A DNA stretch of 64,000 nucleotides from the IMG/VR virus record IMGVR_UViG_3300033070_001349, positions 32,001 through 96,000 of that record. One strand, written 5' to 3'. The notes beneath the pieces are model-generated. The model saw only the letters and a program-made list of their open reading frames with translations. It searched no databases and was not told the DNA's origin. Position numbers and translations under genes: made by a program. This DNA comes from a virus. Taxonomy: Duplodnaviria; Caudoviricetes. Below are positions 36,253 through 46,052 of this stretch, piece after piece (positions within the stretch are counted from its first letter, which is position 1; each line of letters opens with the position of its first letter).

Positions 36253-37212
36253 GTGAATCACTCCACTACCCCCCTCAGGCGCCACCTTCGCATCGAGGCC
36301 GCGAGCCGTCGGATGGAGCTCGCGAGCCGTCAGGTCCCCCCGGTGGCGCCGGACCCGAACCTCGCGGACCAGGACTTCTCGGTCCGCCCCGAGGCCTTCC
36401 GTGCGGCCCGTAGCGCCAACATCGGGGCCGTGGGCCGACACGCCCTCCTCGCCCTCCACCTCCGCCCGGACGGGCTCGCGATCCACGCCCAGGGGCCCCT
36501 GGCGAGCGCGGGGGCCCTTGTCCCCGTCGACAACGAAGAGGCGGCCCTCCGGGAGTCCATCCTGACCCGAGCGACGGCCGCCCACCCCGAGGCCCTCGAC
36601 GCCATCCTCCGGCTCGCGGGCGGATGGGACCTCCACTGGCGCGAGGCGGGCCGGGAGCTCCTCGTGTGGCGCTCGCCTCACCACGTCGTGATCCTCCGGC
36701 CGCAACCGCCTGTCGGCGGGGACCCGAACCTCTACGCGGACCTCGAAACCCCGGCCCCCATCGCGACAGTCTCGCGGTGGGACCTGATCGAGGCCATGCG
36801 GTACCTCCAGGCCGTCCGGGGGTCGACCGTGGCCGCCCTCGGGGTGAACCTGGGCCTCCTCGCCGAAGGGATCGAGCTCGCCCACGAGTCGACGGAGGGC
36901 TTCGCCACCGCCACGATTCCCGACCGGGACAGGGACCCCAAGGCCCCTGCCCGGCTCGTGGTGGGAACGGTCGGAGAGCCCCTCCTCGCGTTCGCCGAGG
37001 CGAGCGAGGCCCCGGCGCTCCAGCTCCTCCTCGCCCCCCGCAAGAGCACGGTTCCGAGCCCCGAGGCGCTACCCCGGTCGCCCTCCGCCGCGGGAGTCCT
37101 CCTCGTGAAGTCAATGGCCGCGGAGGGAGGGCCGCCGCGGTCGTCGCACCTCCGCGTCGCCTCCCTGTACTGGATCGAGGGGCCGAAAAGAAAAACGACA
37201 CTAGGCCCTTGA
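36253..37212 (+). CDS. hypothetical protein, possibly 5'-truncated divergent sliding-clamp-like fold
   Basis: ORF begins inside right TIR; loose resemblance to DnaN domains II-III. Confidence 0.45.
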   Translation: MNHSTTPLRRHLRIEAASRRMELASRQVPPVAPDPNLADQDFSVRPEAFRAARSANIGAVGRHALLALHLRPDGLAIHAQGPLASAGALVPVDNEEAALRESILTRATAAHPEALDAILRLAGGWDLHWREAGRELLVWRSPHHVVILRPQPPVGGDPNLYADLETPAPIATVSRWDLIEAMRYLQAVRGSTVAALGVNLGLLAEGIELAHESTEGFATATIPDRDRDPKAPARLVVGTVGEPLLAFAEASEAPALQLLLAPRKSTVPSPEALPRSPSAAGVLLVKSMAAEGGPPRSSHLRVASLYWIEGPKRKTTLGP

Positions 37213-37236
37213 CTCTTTCTGGCTATGCTCTAGATT
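37209..37236 (+). promoter_or_regulatory. phage promoter
   Basis: TTGACT-16-TAGATT; leader hairpin plus GAGGAG. Confidence 0.8.
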
Positions 37237-37280
37237 AGCGGTGTGGCCGGGAGAGACCCGGTCAAGAGGAGACCGCCACC

Positions 37281-38219
37281 ATGAGCACCTTCGCCGCCCA
37301 GACCGCCGCCGCCACCACCACCGTCCGTACCTGCTCGCACTGCGGCCTCGCCCTCACCGACCCGGTCTCGAAGTCGGTGGGCGTGGGCCCGATCTGCCGC
37401 GGCAAGGAAAACGCCGTGCTCGCGAAGGTGATGCCGCTCTTCGAGACGGGCGTCCAGAAGTACGGCCAGGAGCTCGTCCGCTCGTTCGTCGTCCTCCACC
37501 CCGAGACCCAGACCGAGCTCCTCCAGGTGGTCCGCACGGTCCTCGGTTCCGACCGCCCCCTCGACCTCCGCGACACCGTCCGCCGCCTCGACTGGGCCAC
37601 GTCGTTCCCCCAGCCCAAGACCGTCCGCGAGGCCCTCATCGGGCTCATCGCCGCCTGCGGCTACCCCGGCCTCGCGGCGATCGTCTCGGGCAAGGCCTCC
37701 ACCACCCCGGCGAAGGTGACCGCCGAGGGCGGCCGGATCGTCCTCGCGGGCTCCAAGAACGGCTACGCGGTCCAGGCAATGAAGGGCATCAAGGGCTGGA
37801 GCTTCTCCGGCTCCGCCAAGACCTGGAGCTTCCCCGCGGAGATGATCGCCGAGGTCAAGACCGTCATCGCGACCTTCTACCCGGTGACCGAGTGCGACCT
37901 CGACGCGGTGGGGGCCGAGGCCCTCGCCCAGGCCGCCACCCTCGCCCCCAAGGTCGTCACCCCGGCCCCCGCGGCGCCGAAGTCGGTCCCCCCGGTGGCC
38001 GCCAAGGTCTACGGCGTCTCCCTCACCGTCAACGCCAAGGGCGGCCTCGTGGTGCTCACCCCCTACCACCCCGGTTTCATCATGGACCTGAAGGATGCGG
38101 TCCCCTCCAAGGCGCGGACCCGGAACCACAAGGACAGCCCCAAGACCTGGACCGTGGACGCCGCCTACCGCTCGGTCGTCGAGGCCCTCCTCGCCAAGCA
38201 CTTCGGGTACGCGGCGTGA
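37281..38219 (+). CDS. DUF6011-like Zn-finger protein with HARP-like C-terminal repeats
   Basis: CSHCGLALTDPVSKSVGVGPIC; KTWSF / KTWTV repeats. Confidence 0.75.
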   Translation: MSTFAAQTAAATTTVRTCSHCGLALTDPVSKSVGVGPICRGKENAVLAKVMPLFETGVQKYGQELVRSFVVLHPETQTELLQVVRTVLGSDRPLDLRDTVRRLDWATSFPQPKTVREALIGLIAACGYPGLAAIVSGKASTTPAKVTAEGGRIVLAGSKNGYAVQAMKGIKGWSFSGSAKTWSFPAEMIAEVKTVIATFYPVTECDLDAVGAEALAQAATLAPKVVTPAPAAPKSVPPVAAKVYGVSLTVNAKGGLVVLTPYHPGFIMDLKDAVPSKARTRNHKDSPKTWTVDAAYRSVVEALLAKHFGYAA

Positions 38220-38608
38220 GCCGCGAGGACGAGGGCCCCCGGTTCGAGGCCTACACGGTCTTCTGCCGGGAGCCCGGGGGGTGCGGGGCCTACCACACCT
38301 ACACCGCCGCGACGGCGAAGGGGGTGAGCGCCCGCCACGGCTCCTACTCGGCGCGGATCGAGGCCCTCTACGAGCACGGGTGGTCGCAGAAGGCGGACTC
38401 CTCCCTCCGGTGCCCCGCCCACACCGCGCACGTCGAGGCGGTCGAGATGGAGGTCACGGTCGGCCGCGCCGAGCACACCGACCCGAAGGTGGACCTCCGC
38501 CTTGGCGACAGGGTCTTCTCCCTCGCCCTCCCGCGCGAGGTGACCGCCACCGTCCAGACCTGGAAGGGGCGGCGGGTGCGCGTGACGATCACGCCGCTCG
38601 ACCCCTGA
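38216..38608 (+). CDS. hypothetical protein
   Basis: GTGA overlap. Confidence 0.55.
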   Translation: MSREDEGPRFEAYTVFCREPGGCGAYHTYTAATAKGVSARHGSYSARIEALYEHGWSQKADSSLRCPAHTAHVEAVEMEVTVGRAEHTDPKVDLRLGDRVFSLALPREVTATVQTWKGRRVRVTITPLDP

Positions 38609-38652
38609 AGACGGCTCTAGCCACGGCCGCCGTACCGCGGCATGGTAGGGCG

Positions 38653-39348
38653 ATGAACCCTACCAACGCGGGGCGGCGCGTCGTGGACGCCGTTGCCCTC
38701 CTCACGTCCGACGACCCCGAGGCCACGGCTGGGCGGGTGGACGTGGTCCTCAAGGCCTTCGAGATCGCCCCCGACACGTTCCGCCTCGGGGCCTCTCCCC
38801 ACCCGGACTCGAAGCGGGTCGACGCCATCCTCACCAAGCTGTTTCAGGACGGCACCCTCGACCGCCCTTCCGAGGGCCGCTACCGGCTAGGACCCGGCGA
38901 GCGGGCGCGCGCGGCGCGCGAAGCGGCCGAGGTCGGGAGCCATGTGACTCCGGCGCCCGAACCTGACGCCACTGAGCCCGTCACTGAGCCCGCCCTGACC
39001 GCCACTGAGCCCATCCCCGAGCTCGCCCCGGCGGTGGCCCCGCCGAGGACCCTGAGCGCCGCGGAGCGAACCCGCCTGGACCGCATGGTGGCCGCCAGGG
39101 CGCGCTTCGGGGCCCGCCACACCACCCGCATCGCGACCGCCGACGTGCGCGACTTCTGGGGGACCCCGTTCCCCTCTACAGCCCTTCTCGACGAGACCGA
39201 GACCCTCCTCGCGGTAGCCCGCGCCGCCGGGTACGACGCCTGGGAGCTCTCCCTCCTCGCGGTCCACGTCGGCGCCCTCCGGCGATACCTCCACCCGCAG
39301 ACCGCGGCGACCGTCGCCGTAGTTGACAACCCGACCGCCATCTACTAG
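38653..39348 (+). CDS. hypothetical protein, possible winged helix
   Basis: codon usage. Confidence 0.55.
   Translation: MNPTNAGRRVVDAVALLTSDDPEATAGRVDVVLKAFEIAPDTFRLGASPHPDSKRVDAILTKLFQDGTLDRPSEGRYRLGPGERARAAREAAEVGSHVTPAPEPDATEPVTEPALTATEPIPELAPAVAPPRTLSAAERTRLDRMVAARARFGARHTTRIATADVRDFWGTPFPSTALLDETETLLAVARAAGYDAWELSLLAVHVGALRRYLHPQTAATVAVVDNPTAIY
38937..38950. repeat. dispersed 14-bp palindrome, copy 7
   Basis: GAGCCATGTGACTC inside CDS. Confidence 0.85.
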
Positions 39349-39351
39349 GTT
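39323..39351 (+). promoter_or_regulatory. phage promoter
   Basis: TTGACA-17-TAGGTT. Confidence 0.8.
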
Positions 39352-39410
39352 GCGAGGGCGATCGGCGGTGAATGAGCCGCCACACACCTCGCACCCGGAG
39401 CACAACCACC

Positions 39411-39911
39411 ATGCACACCGCCGAGCAACCCGCGACCGACTCCGCCAACGCGGCCGACCCCGTCGAGGTCCTCCAGACCGACCCGATGCCCGTCGACCCC
39501 GGGCCCATGCCCGAGCCGCCGCCCGAGCCTTCGACCCACCCGCGCACCCTCCGGCGCGCGCGCCGCGTCTCCCTCCAGACCGACCTCGCGGCGGTCATCC
39601 GCAAGGCCCTGCGCGCCGCGGGCATCCCGGCGACCCTCGACGCGATGGAGGACGTGGCCGTGGTCCTCGTCCGGCTCGGGACGGGCGTGGCGATGGACGC
39701 GGGCTTCCCCCCGGCCCGCGTGGGCGAGCTCATCAACGAGGGGGTCAACAAGGAGCTCAACCGCACGGGCGGCAACGGCGCTGTGAGCACGAAGCCCGTC
39801 TCCTACGAGGCCCCCCTCGCCGGGGCGTGGGACGAGCCCCAGGCGCCCGCCGAGAAGGTCGACCCGTCGCCCGCGACGCCCGACGACGCGGCCCCGACCC
39901 CCTCCTTCTGA
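39411..39911 (+). CDS. hypothetical protein
   Basis: GGAG RBS. Confidence 0.65.
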   Translation: MHTAEQPATDSANAADPVEVLQTDPMPVDPGPMPEPPPEPSTHPRTLRRARRVSLQTDLAAVIRKALRAAGIPATLDAMEDVAVVLVRLGTGVAMDAGFPPARVGELINEGVNKELNRTGGNGAVSTKPVSYEAPLAGAWDEPQAPAEKVDPSPATPDDAAPTPSF

Positions 39912-39953
39912 ACCCCTCCCCCCGCGCCGCGAGCCCGTGGTAGACCCCGGGCC

Positions 39954-40154
39954 ATGAGCGCCCCCCGCACCCTCCTCGACACGAAGCTCCACCCGCTCCT
40001 TCCGCCCCGCGGGACCCAGGAGATGGCCCAGGCCTACCTCGACGCTCTGGCCGAGGACAACTGGCGATTTCTCTACATCACCCCCACGGGCCTCGCCTTC
40101 TTCCAAGAGACGGAGCCGCACGCCCCCCACGGCCCGAAAGTTGACGGCGGCTAA
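39954..40154 (+). CDS. hypothetical protein
   Basis: codon usage. Confidence 0.5.
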   Translation: MSAPRTLLDTKLHPLLPPRGTQEMAQAYLDALAEDNWRFLYITPTGLAFFQETEPHAPHGPKVDGG

Positions 40155-40168
40155 TCATGTGCTAGATT
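40141..40168 (+). promoter_or_regulatory. phage promoter (leaderless)
   Basis: TTGACG-16-TAGATT; ATG 7 nt downstream. Confidence 0.8.
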
Positions 40169-40175
40169 GCCCGCC

Positions 40176-40400
40176 ATGAACCACGCACCTACGATGGATG
40201 AGGTCACACGTCGAGTTCGAGAGGCCCTCGCGCCGTTCGAGGGGAAGGACCCTCCGCGCGCGGTCGTGGCTTCCGAGGTCGCGGGGGCCCCGAACGACCT
40301 CTGGCCCAAGACCCCGCCGATAGCGTGCGAAGTCACGGCGGACCCTGAGGACCCCGCGCGAATCCCCCTCCACCTCTCGCGGCCCCGGACGGCGGCGTGA
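40176..40400 (+). CDS. hypothetical protein
   Basis: start at promoter. Confidence 0.6.
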   Translation: MNHAPTMDEVTRRVREALAPFEGKDPPRAVVASEVAGAPNDLWPKTPPIACEVTADPEDPARIPLHLSRPRTAA

Positions 40401-41179
40401 GGGGGCCCCTCGTCGAGTGGGTCGAGCGGTGCCCGTCCGTGGCCGACGACGGCTCGAAGCGGTGGGAGTTCTACTCCGTCACCGGGGCCGTCCTCCGGGT
40501 GCACTCCACCCGCCGATGGAACCCCCTGTACCTGACGACGGCCCCGCCTGACACCCGGAACGACCCCCGCTCCTTCTCCCTCGACCTCCGAGCCCTCGGC
40601 GGCCCCGTTCTGACCGACTACTGTCGCTCGGTCCTCACCGCGAAGCGCAAGGCGGCAGCCCTCCTCCTCGAACGGCTCCCTGGGCTGTGGCCCAAACAGT
40701 GGGAGGCCCGCTACGAGGTGCTCCGGTGGGAGCCGGGGGCGTGGAACCCCCGAAAGGGCGTTTGGACCCCCGTCGCCCACACCCTCGACGCCGCCTCGGC
40801 CTTGGAGGTCGTCCTCACGGGCGGCGCCTTGTACGGCCTCCGCCGCGCCGGGGAGACTTCGCGCTACGCCTGGACGACCCAGGTCCCCCCTCGGTGGGTC
40901 GAGGGGGTCCCCTCCGTGGCGGTGACGCCCCTCGAACCCACCCGAGCCTTCGAGCTCTACACCACCGCCCGCCCGGAGCCCTACCGCTTCCTCGCGACGA
41001 AGGCCGACGGGACCGCCGGATGGTCGGTCGCGTCCCTCGACTTCTCGCCTCCCTACGACACCCTCTACAGATCCACCTTCACCGTCGAACCCCGGGCGGG
41101 GGTCGCCTACCTCGCGGGCAGCGCCACCCTCCCCGTCGAGCGGATCGTCGAAGTCACCTACCCCAAGGACCCCCCATGA
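40397..41179 (+). CDS. hypothetical protein
   Basis: GTGA overlap. Confidence 0.6.
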   Translation: MRGPLVEWVERCPSVADDGSKRWEFYSVTGAVLRVHSTRRWNPLYLTTAPPDTRNDPRSFSLDLRALGGPVLTDYCRSVLTAKRKAAALLLERLPGLWPKQWEARYEVLRWEPGAWNPRKGVWTPVAHTLDAASALEVVLTGGALYGLRRAGETSRYAWTTQVPPRWVEGVPSVAVTPLEPTRAFELYTTARPEPYRFLATKADGTAGWSVASLDFSPPYDTLYRSTFTVEPRAGVAYLAGSATLPVERIVEVTYPKDPP

Positions 41180-42651
41180 GCCTCGCCCCCGTCGCCCCCC
41201 CGATCGTCCTCCTCTGCGGCCCCAAGGGGTCCGGCAAGAGCACCCTGGCCGCCTCCCTCGTCCTCTGCGGCTGGTTCGAGCTCGCCTTCGCCGACCCCCT
41301 CAAGCGCTTCGTGAAGCAGCTCATCCCGACCCTCCCCGTGGACGTGCTCGCAGGGCCCTCGGCGGGCCGGGATGCCTACAGGGTCGACCTGACCCCGCTC
41401 CGCGGGAACGTGCGGCGCATGGTCATCGCGATCGACCACCTCTTCGAGTACGAGCTCGGGGAGACGGGGGTGGAGCTCGGGGCGGTCCTCCTCGCGAACC
41501 AGCTCGACCGGGTCCTCGCCTTCGAGCCCGACACGATCACCCTCCGACGGCTCCTCCAGGTGGTCGGCACCGAGTGGGGGCAGGAGAAGGTCGACCGGCT
41601 CCTCTGGGTCAAGACCACGGAGCGCAAGGTGTTGGCCCTCCGCGACGGGGGGCCCGAGATGGCGAAGCGCCTCTACCCGGTCAACGTATCGGCCCTCAAC
41701 GGCCGCCCACCGAAGGGCATCGTCCTCTCCGACGGCCGCTTCGATCACGAGTACGAGGCCGCCCGGTCCTGGGGAGCGACCCTCGTCCTCTGCGACCCCG
41801 GCGCCCGTCCCATCGACCTCCGCCAGAGCCACGTCTCCGAGCCCGAGGTCGCCGCCCTTCGCGCCAAGACCGACTGCACCGCCAACACCGCGGGCCCGGA
41901 GTACGGCGGCCCTCCGCCGGGCGAGCTCGCTCACCTCTTCGGGGTCCTGTGGGAGGCCGAAGACCGGAAGCGCATCGCGGCCGAGGAGCACCTGACGGGC
42001 GTCTACAAGCCCTCGGCCTTCGGCGAGCAGCTCATCGGGCGGGTGTGCAACAAGTGCGGGAGCTTCTACAAGCTCGGGCACGAGCCCCCGAAGGGCCGAT
42101 GCTGCGGCGCCCCGTGCATGAACTCGGGCTGCAACAACCCCGTCAACAACCCCTGGTCGGTATGCCACGGGTGCTCCCCCATCCCGAGCGCGAGGCACGA
42201 GGCGGAGACCTTCCTCAAGGCCACGGCCCTCGCCCACGACGCCGAGGCCGCCTCCGCTCCGGTCTACATCCCCTCGCAACTTCGTCAGGGCGCCCTGGCG
42301 AACGAGGGTTCCATGGGCGAGGGCTTCTACGCCTCCCTCGCCGAGCTCCGGGACTACTGCGCCGACCTCAAGGCACCCCTCCCCCCTTACGTCTACCCCT
42401 GCGACCAGAAGCGCCCGGAGGACGAGGTGGACGCCGACCGCTACATCGAAGAGGCCCTCGCGGAGCATCACTCGGAGGCCGCCGCCCACATCGGGCCGGG
42501 CCAGCGCGAGGTCCTCGGGGACTACCTCAAGGACTGGTGGAAGCAGACCGGCGTCTGCACCTGGACCCCGGACCGGAGCCGCGTCTTCATCCTCGACCCC
42601 GAGCGGTGCCCGAAGCCTGCGAGCCATGTGGCTCCCGCGGGGGCCCCGTGA
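41176..42651 (+). CDS. deoxynucleoside monophosphate kinase fused to a Cys-rich domain
   Basis: GPKGSGKS, AFADPLK, RRLLQVVGTEWG, SDGRF.HE, HVSE. Confidence 0.8.
   Translation: MSLAPVAPPIVLLCGPKGSGKSTLAASLVLCGWFELAFADPLKRFVKQLIPTLPVDVLAGPSAGRDAYRVDLTPLRGNVRRMVIAIDHLFEYELGETGVELGAVLLANQLDRVLAFEPDTITLRRLLQVVGTEWGQEKVDRLLWVKTTERKVLALRDGGPEMAKRLYPVNVSALNGRPPKGIVLSDGRFDHEYEAARSWGATLVLCDPGARPIDLRQSHVSEPEVAALRAKTDCTANTAGPEYGGPPPGELAHLFGVLWEAEDRKRIAAEEHLTGVYKPSAFGEQLIGRVCNKCGSFYKLGHEPPKGRCCGAPCMNSGCNNPVNNPWSVCHGCSPIPSARHEAETFLKATALAHDAEAASAPVYIPSQLRQGALANEGSMGEGFYASLAELRDYCADLKAPLPPYVYPCDQKRPEDEVDADRYIEEALAEHHSEAAAHIGPGQREVLGDYLKDWWKQTGVCTWTPDRSRVFILDPERCPKPASHVAPAGAP
42621..42634. repeat. dispersed 14-bp palindrome, copy 8
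   Basis: GAGCCATGTGGCTC near CDS end. Confidence 0.85.
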
Positions 42652-42923
42652 TGGACCTCCCCGCCCAGGCCGAGTCCCCGACCGAAGAGGTCCTCCTCGC
42701 GCGCGTCGGGACGCTCCTCCGCCTCTACGACGGCATCATCGCCTCCGCCCCCGGCGCTGTGATCTACCTCGCGGCCTGTTGCGCCCGGGTGAGCCTGTCC
42801 CCCCAGCCTCAGACCCGGTGCTCCACCTGCCCGAAGACCCCCACGGTCCACCCGATCGCGTCGAGGGAGTCCCTCGAACAATCGGCCCCTGACCTCCTTC
42901 GTGCGGCGACGCCTCGACTCTGA
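42651..42923 (+). CDS. hypothetical protein
   Basis: start overlaps upstream stop. Confidence 0.5.
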   Translation: MDLPAQAESPTEEVLLARVGTLLRLYDGIIASAPGAVIYLAACCARVSLSPQPQTRCSTCPKTPTVHPIASRESLEQSAPDLLRAATPRL

Positions 42924-42950
42924 GCCGCCCGAGGGGTTATCGTAGACCCC

Positions 42951-43394
42951 ATGAACGACCGACTCGATCGACTCCGCAGGACGGGAACCGCCAAGGCCCT
43001 CGGCGCCGTGGGCCTCGGCGCTCAGGGCTCCTTCCGCGACAAGATGCACGAAGACGAGCAGGGGATCGTCCGGGTGGCGGACGACCTCCGCGGGCTCCCC
43101 TCCGGCGAGACCTCGATCGAGGAGCTCCGCGAGAACGCCGACCAGGACAACGTCTTCGGCGTGAGCATGGCCGAGCTCCGGGCCCTCTCGGGCATCCCCG
43201 ACCCCTTCGGCCCGGTGAAGTTCACCTCCGAGGGGCTCGACAACTCCGAGCTCGAAGTCTTCCGTGACACCCGGAACCACGGCGAGAGGGACCCCGACCG
43301 CCGCCGCGCGATCGTCGAGCGGGTCAACACGATGCCGGTGGTCGACCCGGTCGACGACCGGCCCCGCGTCTACAACGGCCGCGACTACCGCTAG
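42951..43394 (+). CDS. hypothetical protein
   Basis: codon usage. Confidence 0.65.
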   Translation: MNDRLDRLRRTGTAKALGAVGLGAQGSFRDKMHEDEQGIVRVADDLRGLPSGETSIEELRENADQDNVFGVSMAELRALSGIPDPFGPVKFTSEGLDNSELEVFRDTRNHGERDPDRRRAIVERVNTMPVVDPVDDRPRVYNGRDYR

Positions 43395-43420
43395 ACCCCG
43401 TCCGTCCCATGCGCTAGGTT
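43392..43420 (+). promoter_or_regulatory. phage promoter (leaderless)
   Basis: TAGACC-17-TAGGTT; GTG 6 nt downstream. Confidence 0.7.
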
Positions 43421-43426
43421 GCGGCC

Positions 43427-44104
43427 GTGCGTCGCGCCAAAGTGCCGGTCCTGCCCGGTCAACAACTCCTCCTCGCCCGGCCGGACTTCGATGGCCCGAC
43501 CGGGCTCGTGGCCCTCGAAAAGCTCAAGGCCAAGGCGACCGGGTGCCAGCTATGCGCCCTCTGCGAGAGCCGGACTCGGGTGGTGTTCGGGGTCGGCCCG
43601 CACGACCGCCCCAAGCTCGCGATCGTGGGCGAGGGCCCGGGGGCGAGCGAGGACGACCAGGGGGAGCCCTTCGTCGGCCGCTCAGGAGCCCTCCTCACGC
43701 GGATGCTCGCCGCGGCCGGGGTCCGCCGGGCAGACGTGTTCATCACCAACGCGGTCCTCTGCCGCCCGGACGGGAACCGAACCCCCACGGCGGCCGAGCT
43801 CGACGCCTGCAAGCCCTTCCTCGAAGGCCAGCTTCGGGCGGTCAACCCCAAGGCCATCCTCGCCCTCGGCAAGACCGCGGCGATGCGGCTCACCGGCTCC
43901 GACGAGTCGGTCCACTACATGCGGGGGAGGTGGCACAAGTTCGGGGCGACCCCGGTGCGCGTCTCGTGGCACCCGGCCTACATCCTTCGGCGAGACGCCG
44001 AGGACGGGGGCAAGGCCCGGTGGGAGGCGTGGGACGACCTGTGCGCCGTCCTCGAACACCTTGGGCTCCCCGTGCCCGAGAAGACCCGCCCGGGGGCCGA
44101 GTAG
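43427..44104 (+). CDS. udg: uracil-DNA glycosylase, family 4
   Basis: CQLCAL, GEGPG..ED..G.PFVGRSG, ITN.VLCRP..NR.P, HPAYILR. Confidence 0.95.
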   Translation: MRRAKVPVLPGQQLLLARPDFDGPTGLVALEKLKAKATGCQLCALCESRTRVVFGVGPHDRPKLAIVGEGPGASEDDQGEPFVGRSGALLTRMLAAAGVRRADVFITNAVLCRPDGNRTPTAAELDACKPFLEGQLRAVNPKAILALGKTAAMRLTGSDESVHYMRGRWHKFGATPVRVSWHPAYILRRDAEDGGKARWEAWDDLCAVLEHLGLPVPEKTRPGAE

Positions 44105-45019
44105 GTGGCCCCGCCCGACAGGGTCACCCCCGCCGACCTACGTGCGGCCTTCGAGCGAGGGCTCTCCCCCGACGAGGCGATGGAGTGGGTCCGCCAGGAA
44201 GAGCTCACCCGATGGAGGGAGGCGATCAACCGGAGCCCCGTCTACGCCCAGGCCTTCTCCAGGGTGGTGCTCTTGCACCGACCCGACGTGGTCGAAGAGG
44301 TCCTCGCCTTCCTCCGACCCGAGGCCTCCGAGCCGGACCCGGAACCCAACCCGGACCCCGTCCCGGAGCGGGTTTCAGAGGCGGACCTCCTCGAAGCCAT
44401 CGAGTCAGAGCCCGACAACGGGCGCCTCCGGGCGTGGATACACCGAGCGGAGCTCACCCGATGGCAGGACCGCATCCGGTCCGACAGGACCCTGTTCCAG
44501 GCCCTCGAACGGGTGCTCTATCTCCACGACCCCTCGATCCCCGACGAGGTCTCCGACGCCCTGAGGGCCATGACCGGACCCGCCCCGACGGAGGACCCCG
44601 AGCACTCGACCGAGGGGGCCCTCCGGTCGCACGTCCTCGACCGCCTGAAGGAGATCGCTGAGTGGGGGATGACCGAGGACGCCGAGGGGAACCCGGTTCA
44701 GACCCGGGGCGGGATGGTCGCTCGCCTGAACTACCTCCGGGACGAGCTCGCGTGCCCGAGCGACGACTCCAACCACCCTGACCTCCGCCGGATCCTCGAC
44801 GCCGACGAGGCTGTCCGCGGCCTCCCGGTGAAGACGACCCCCCTCGTGACACACGGGCAACACGGGGCCCGGCACGAGCTCGTGTCCCTGCCGTGGGGGA
44901 TCGGGTGGTGCCGGAGGTGCGGCGTCCTCGTCCGCCGCGGGGAGACCTTCCGCTACTACGCCCCCGGGATCGGCGAGGTCTCCGCCGACCCCCTCTGCCC
45001 CACGACCAAGGACCCATGA
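44105..45019 (+). CDS. hypothetical protein with internal duplication
   Basis: ELTRW...QA..RV..LH.P occurs twice. Confidence 0.65.
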   Translation: MAPPDRVTPADLRAAFERGLSPDEAMEWVRQEELTRWREAINRSPVYAQAFSRVVLLHRPDVVEEVLAFLRPEASEPDPEPNPDPVPERVSEADLLEAIESEPDNGRLRAWIHRAELTRWQDRIRSDRTLFQALERVLYLHDPSIPDEVSDALRAMTGPAPTEDPEHSTEGALRSHVLDRLKEIAEWGMTEDAEGNPVQTRGGMVARLNYLRDELACPSDDSNHPDLRRILDADEAVRGLPVKTTPLVTHGQHGARHELVSLPWGIGWCRRCGVLVRRGETFRYYAPGIGEVSADPLCPTTKDP

Positions 45020-45423
45020 TCGACTTCACGACCCTCGTCACCGGATCCCAGCTCCTCGCGCACCTCTGGGGGGACTACATCCTCCAGACCGACACCATGG
45101 CGAAGCGCAAGACCACGAGCCTCCCGATCGCGCTCCTCCACGCGCTCTTCTACGGGCTCCCCTTCCTCTTCCTGCGCCCGACCCTCGCCGCCTGGGCGGT
45201 CCTCGTCGGGAGCCACGCCGTGATCGACCGCTACCGGCTCGCGCGGTACCTCGTGTGGGGGAAGGAGTGGCTCACAGCCCCCCTCGAACGCCCGAAGCCC
45301 CTCTCGGAGTGCCCCACCGGGTACCCGAAAGACAAGCCCGACTTCCTCGCCACATGGCTTCTTATCCTGGCCGACAACACGCTCCACATCACCCTCAACG
45401 CACTGGCGCTCCGTCTCCTCTGA
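45016..45423 (+). CDS. DUF3307-like membrane protein
   Basis: HLWGDYILQT, HAVID, DNTLH. Confidence 0.8.
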   Translation: MIDFTTLVTGSQLLAHLWGDYILQTDTMAKRKTTSLPIALLHALFYGLPFLFLRPTLAAWAVLVGSHAVIDRYRLARYLVWGKEWLTAPLERPKPLSECPTGYPKDKPDFLATWLLILADNTLHITLNALALRLL

Positions 45424-45491
45424 GCCTCGTGACGTGCTAGATAGGCGGGCCATCTTGCGCGGGATCCCGGGGGCGTAGTACGTTTCCGGGC

Positions 45492-45767
45492 ATGAGCACG
45501 CACAAGACCGACCGATGCCCCCTCTGCGGGAAGGAGAACCTCCCGGAGACCCCGCTGGCGGAGATCAAGCTCTACTCGCTAGGTCCCCGCGGCGGTGTGC
45601 GGGACGCCAAGGCGTGGGGGGTGGTTCACGAGTCCTGCCTGATGAGCCGCATCGGAGGTGTGCCGCTGCTTCAGGAGCTCAAGGGGATCACCCGGAGCCA
45701 CAACCGCCGGATGCGGAAGGTGTCCGCCCCGGCGACGGCCGTCGAGCCCGCCCCCGAGCCCTCGTGA
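45492..45767 (+). CDS. hypothetical protein
   Basis: CPLC...HESC. Confidence 0.6.
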   Translation: MSTHKTDRCPLCGKENLPETPLAEIKLYSLGPRGGVRDAKAWGVVHESCLMSRIGGVPLLQELKGITRSHNRRMRKVSAPATAVEPAPEPS

Positions 45768-46042
45768 TGGACTTCTCGGCCAGGATCGAGACCGACGTGG
45801 AGGTCGACGGGACCCCGCGGACCTCGCCCCGCTTCCCCATCCTCGTGCGCGAGCGAAAGCTCCGGGCCTGCCAGGAGCGGATGGGCCGAGATACGTGCAC
45901 CGGCTGCACGATGGAGACCCACTGCCAGCTACGCTCCGACCACCTCCACGACGTGCGGGTCCTCCTCCCCGACATCGAGGCGGCCGAGAAGAAGGCCGGG
46001 CTCAAGGCTGCGGACGCCAACGTGTGGCTCAAGATGCTCTAG
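45767..46042 (+). CDS. hypothetical protein
   Basis: overlap; Cys cluster. Confidence 0.55.
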   Translation: MDFSARIETDVEVDGTPRTSPRFPILVRERKLRACQERMGRDTCTGCTMETHCQLRSDHLHDVRVLLPDIEAAEKKAGLKAADANVWLKML

Positions 46043-46052
46043 GCTCCCTCCC

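Larger units (their letters stand above)
33456..36270. mobile_element. non-autonomous TIR-bounded cassette carrying a C5-MTase
   Basis: GGTAGTGGAGTGATTC (33456-71) / GAATCACTCCACTACC (36255-70); subterminal TGGCGTG repeats; codon shift; the only minus-strand genes. Confidence 0.8.
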
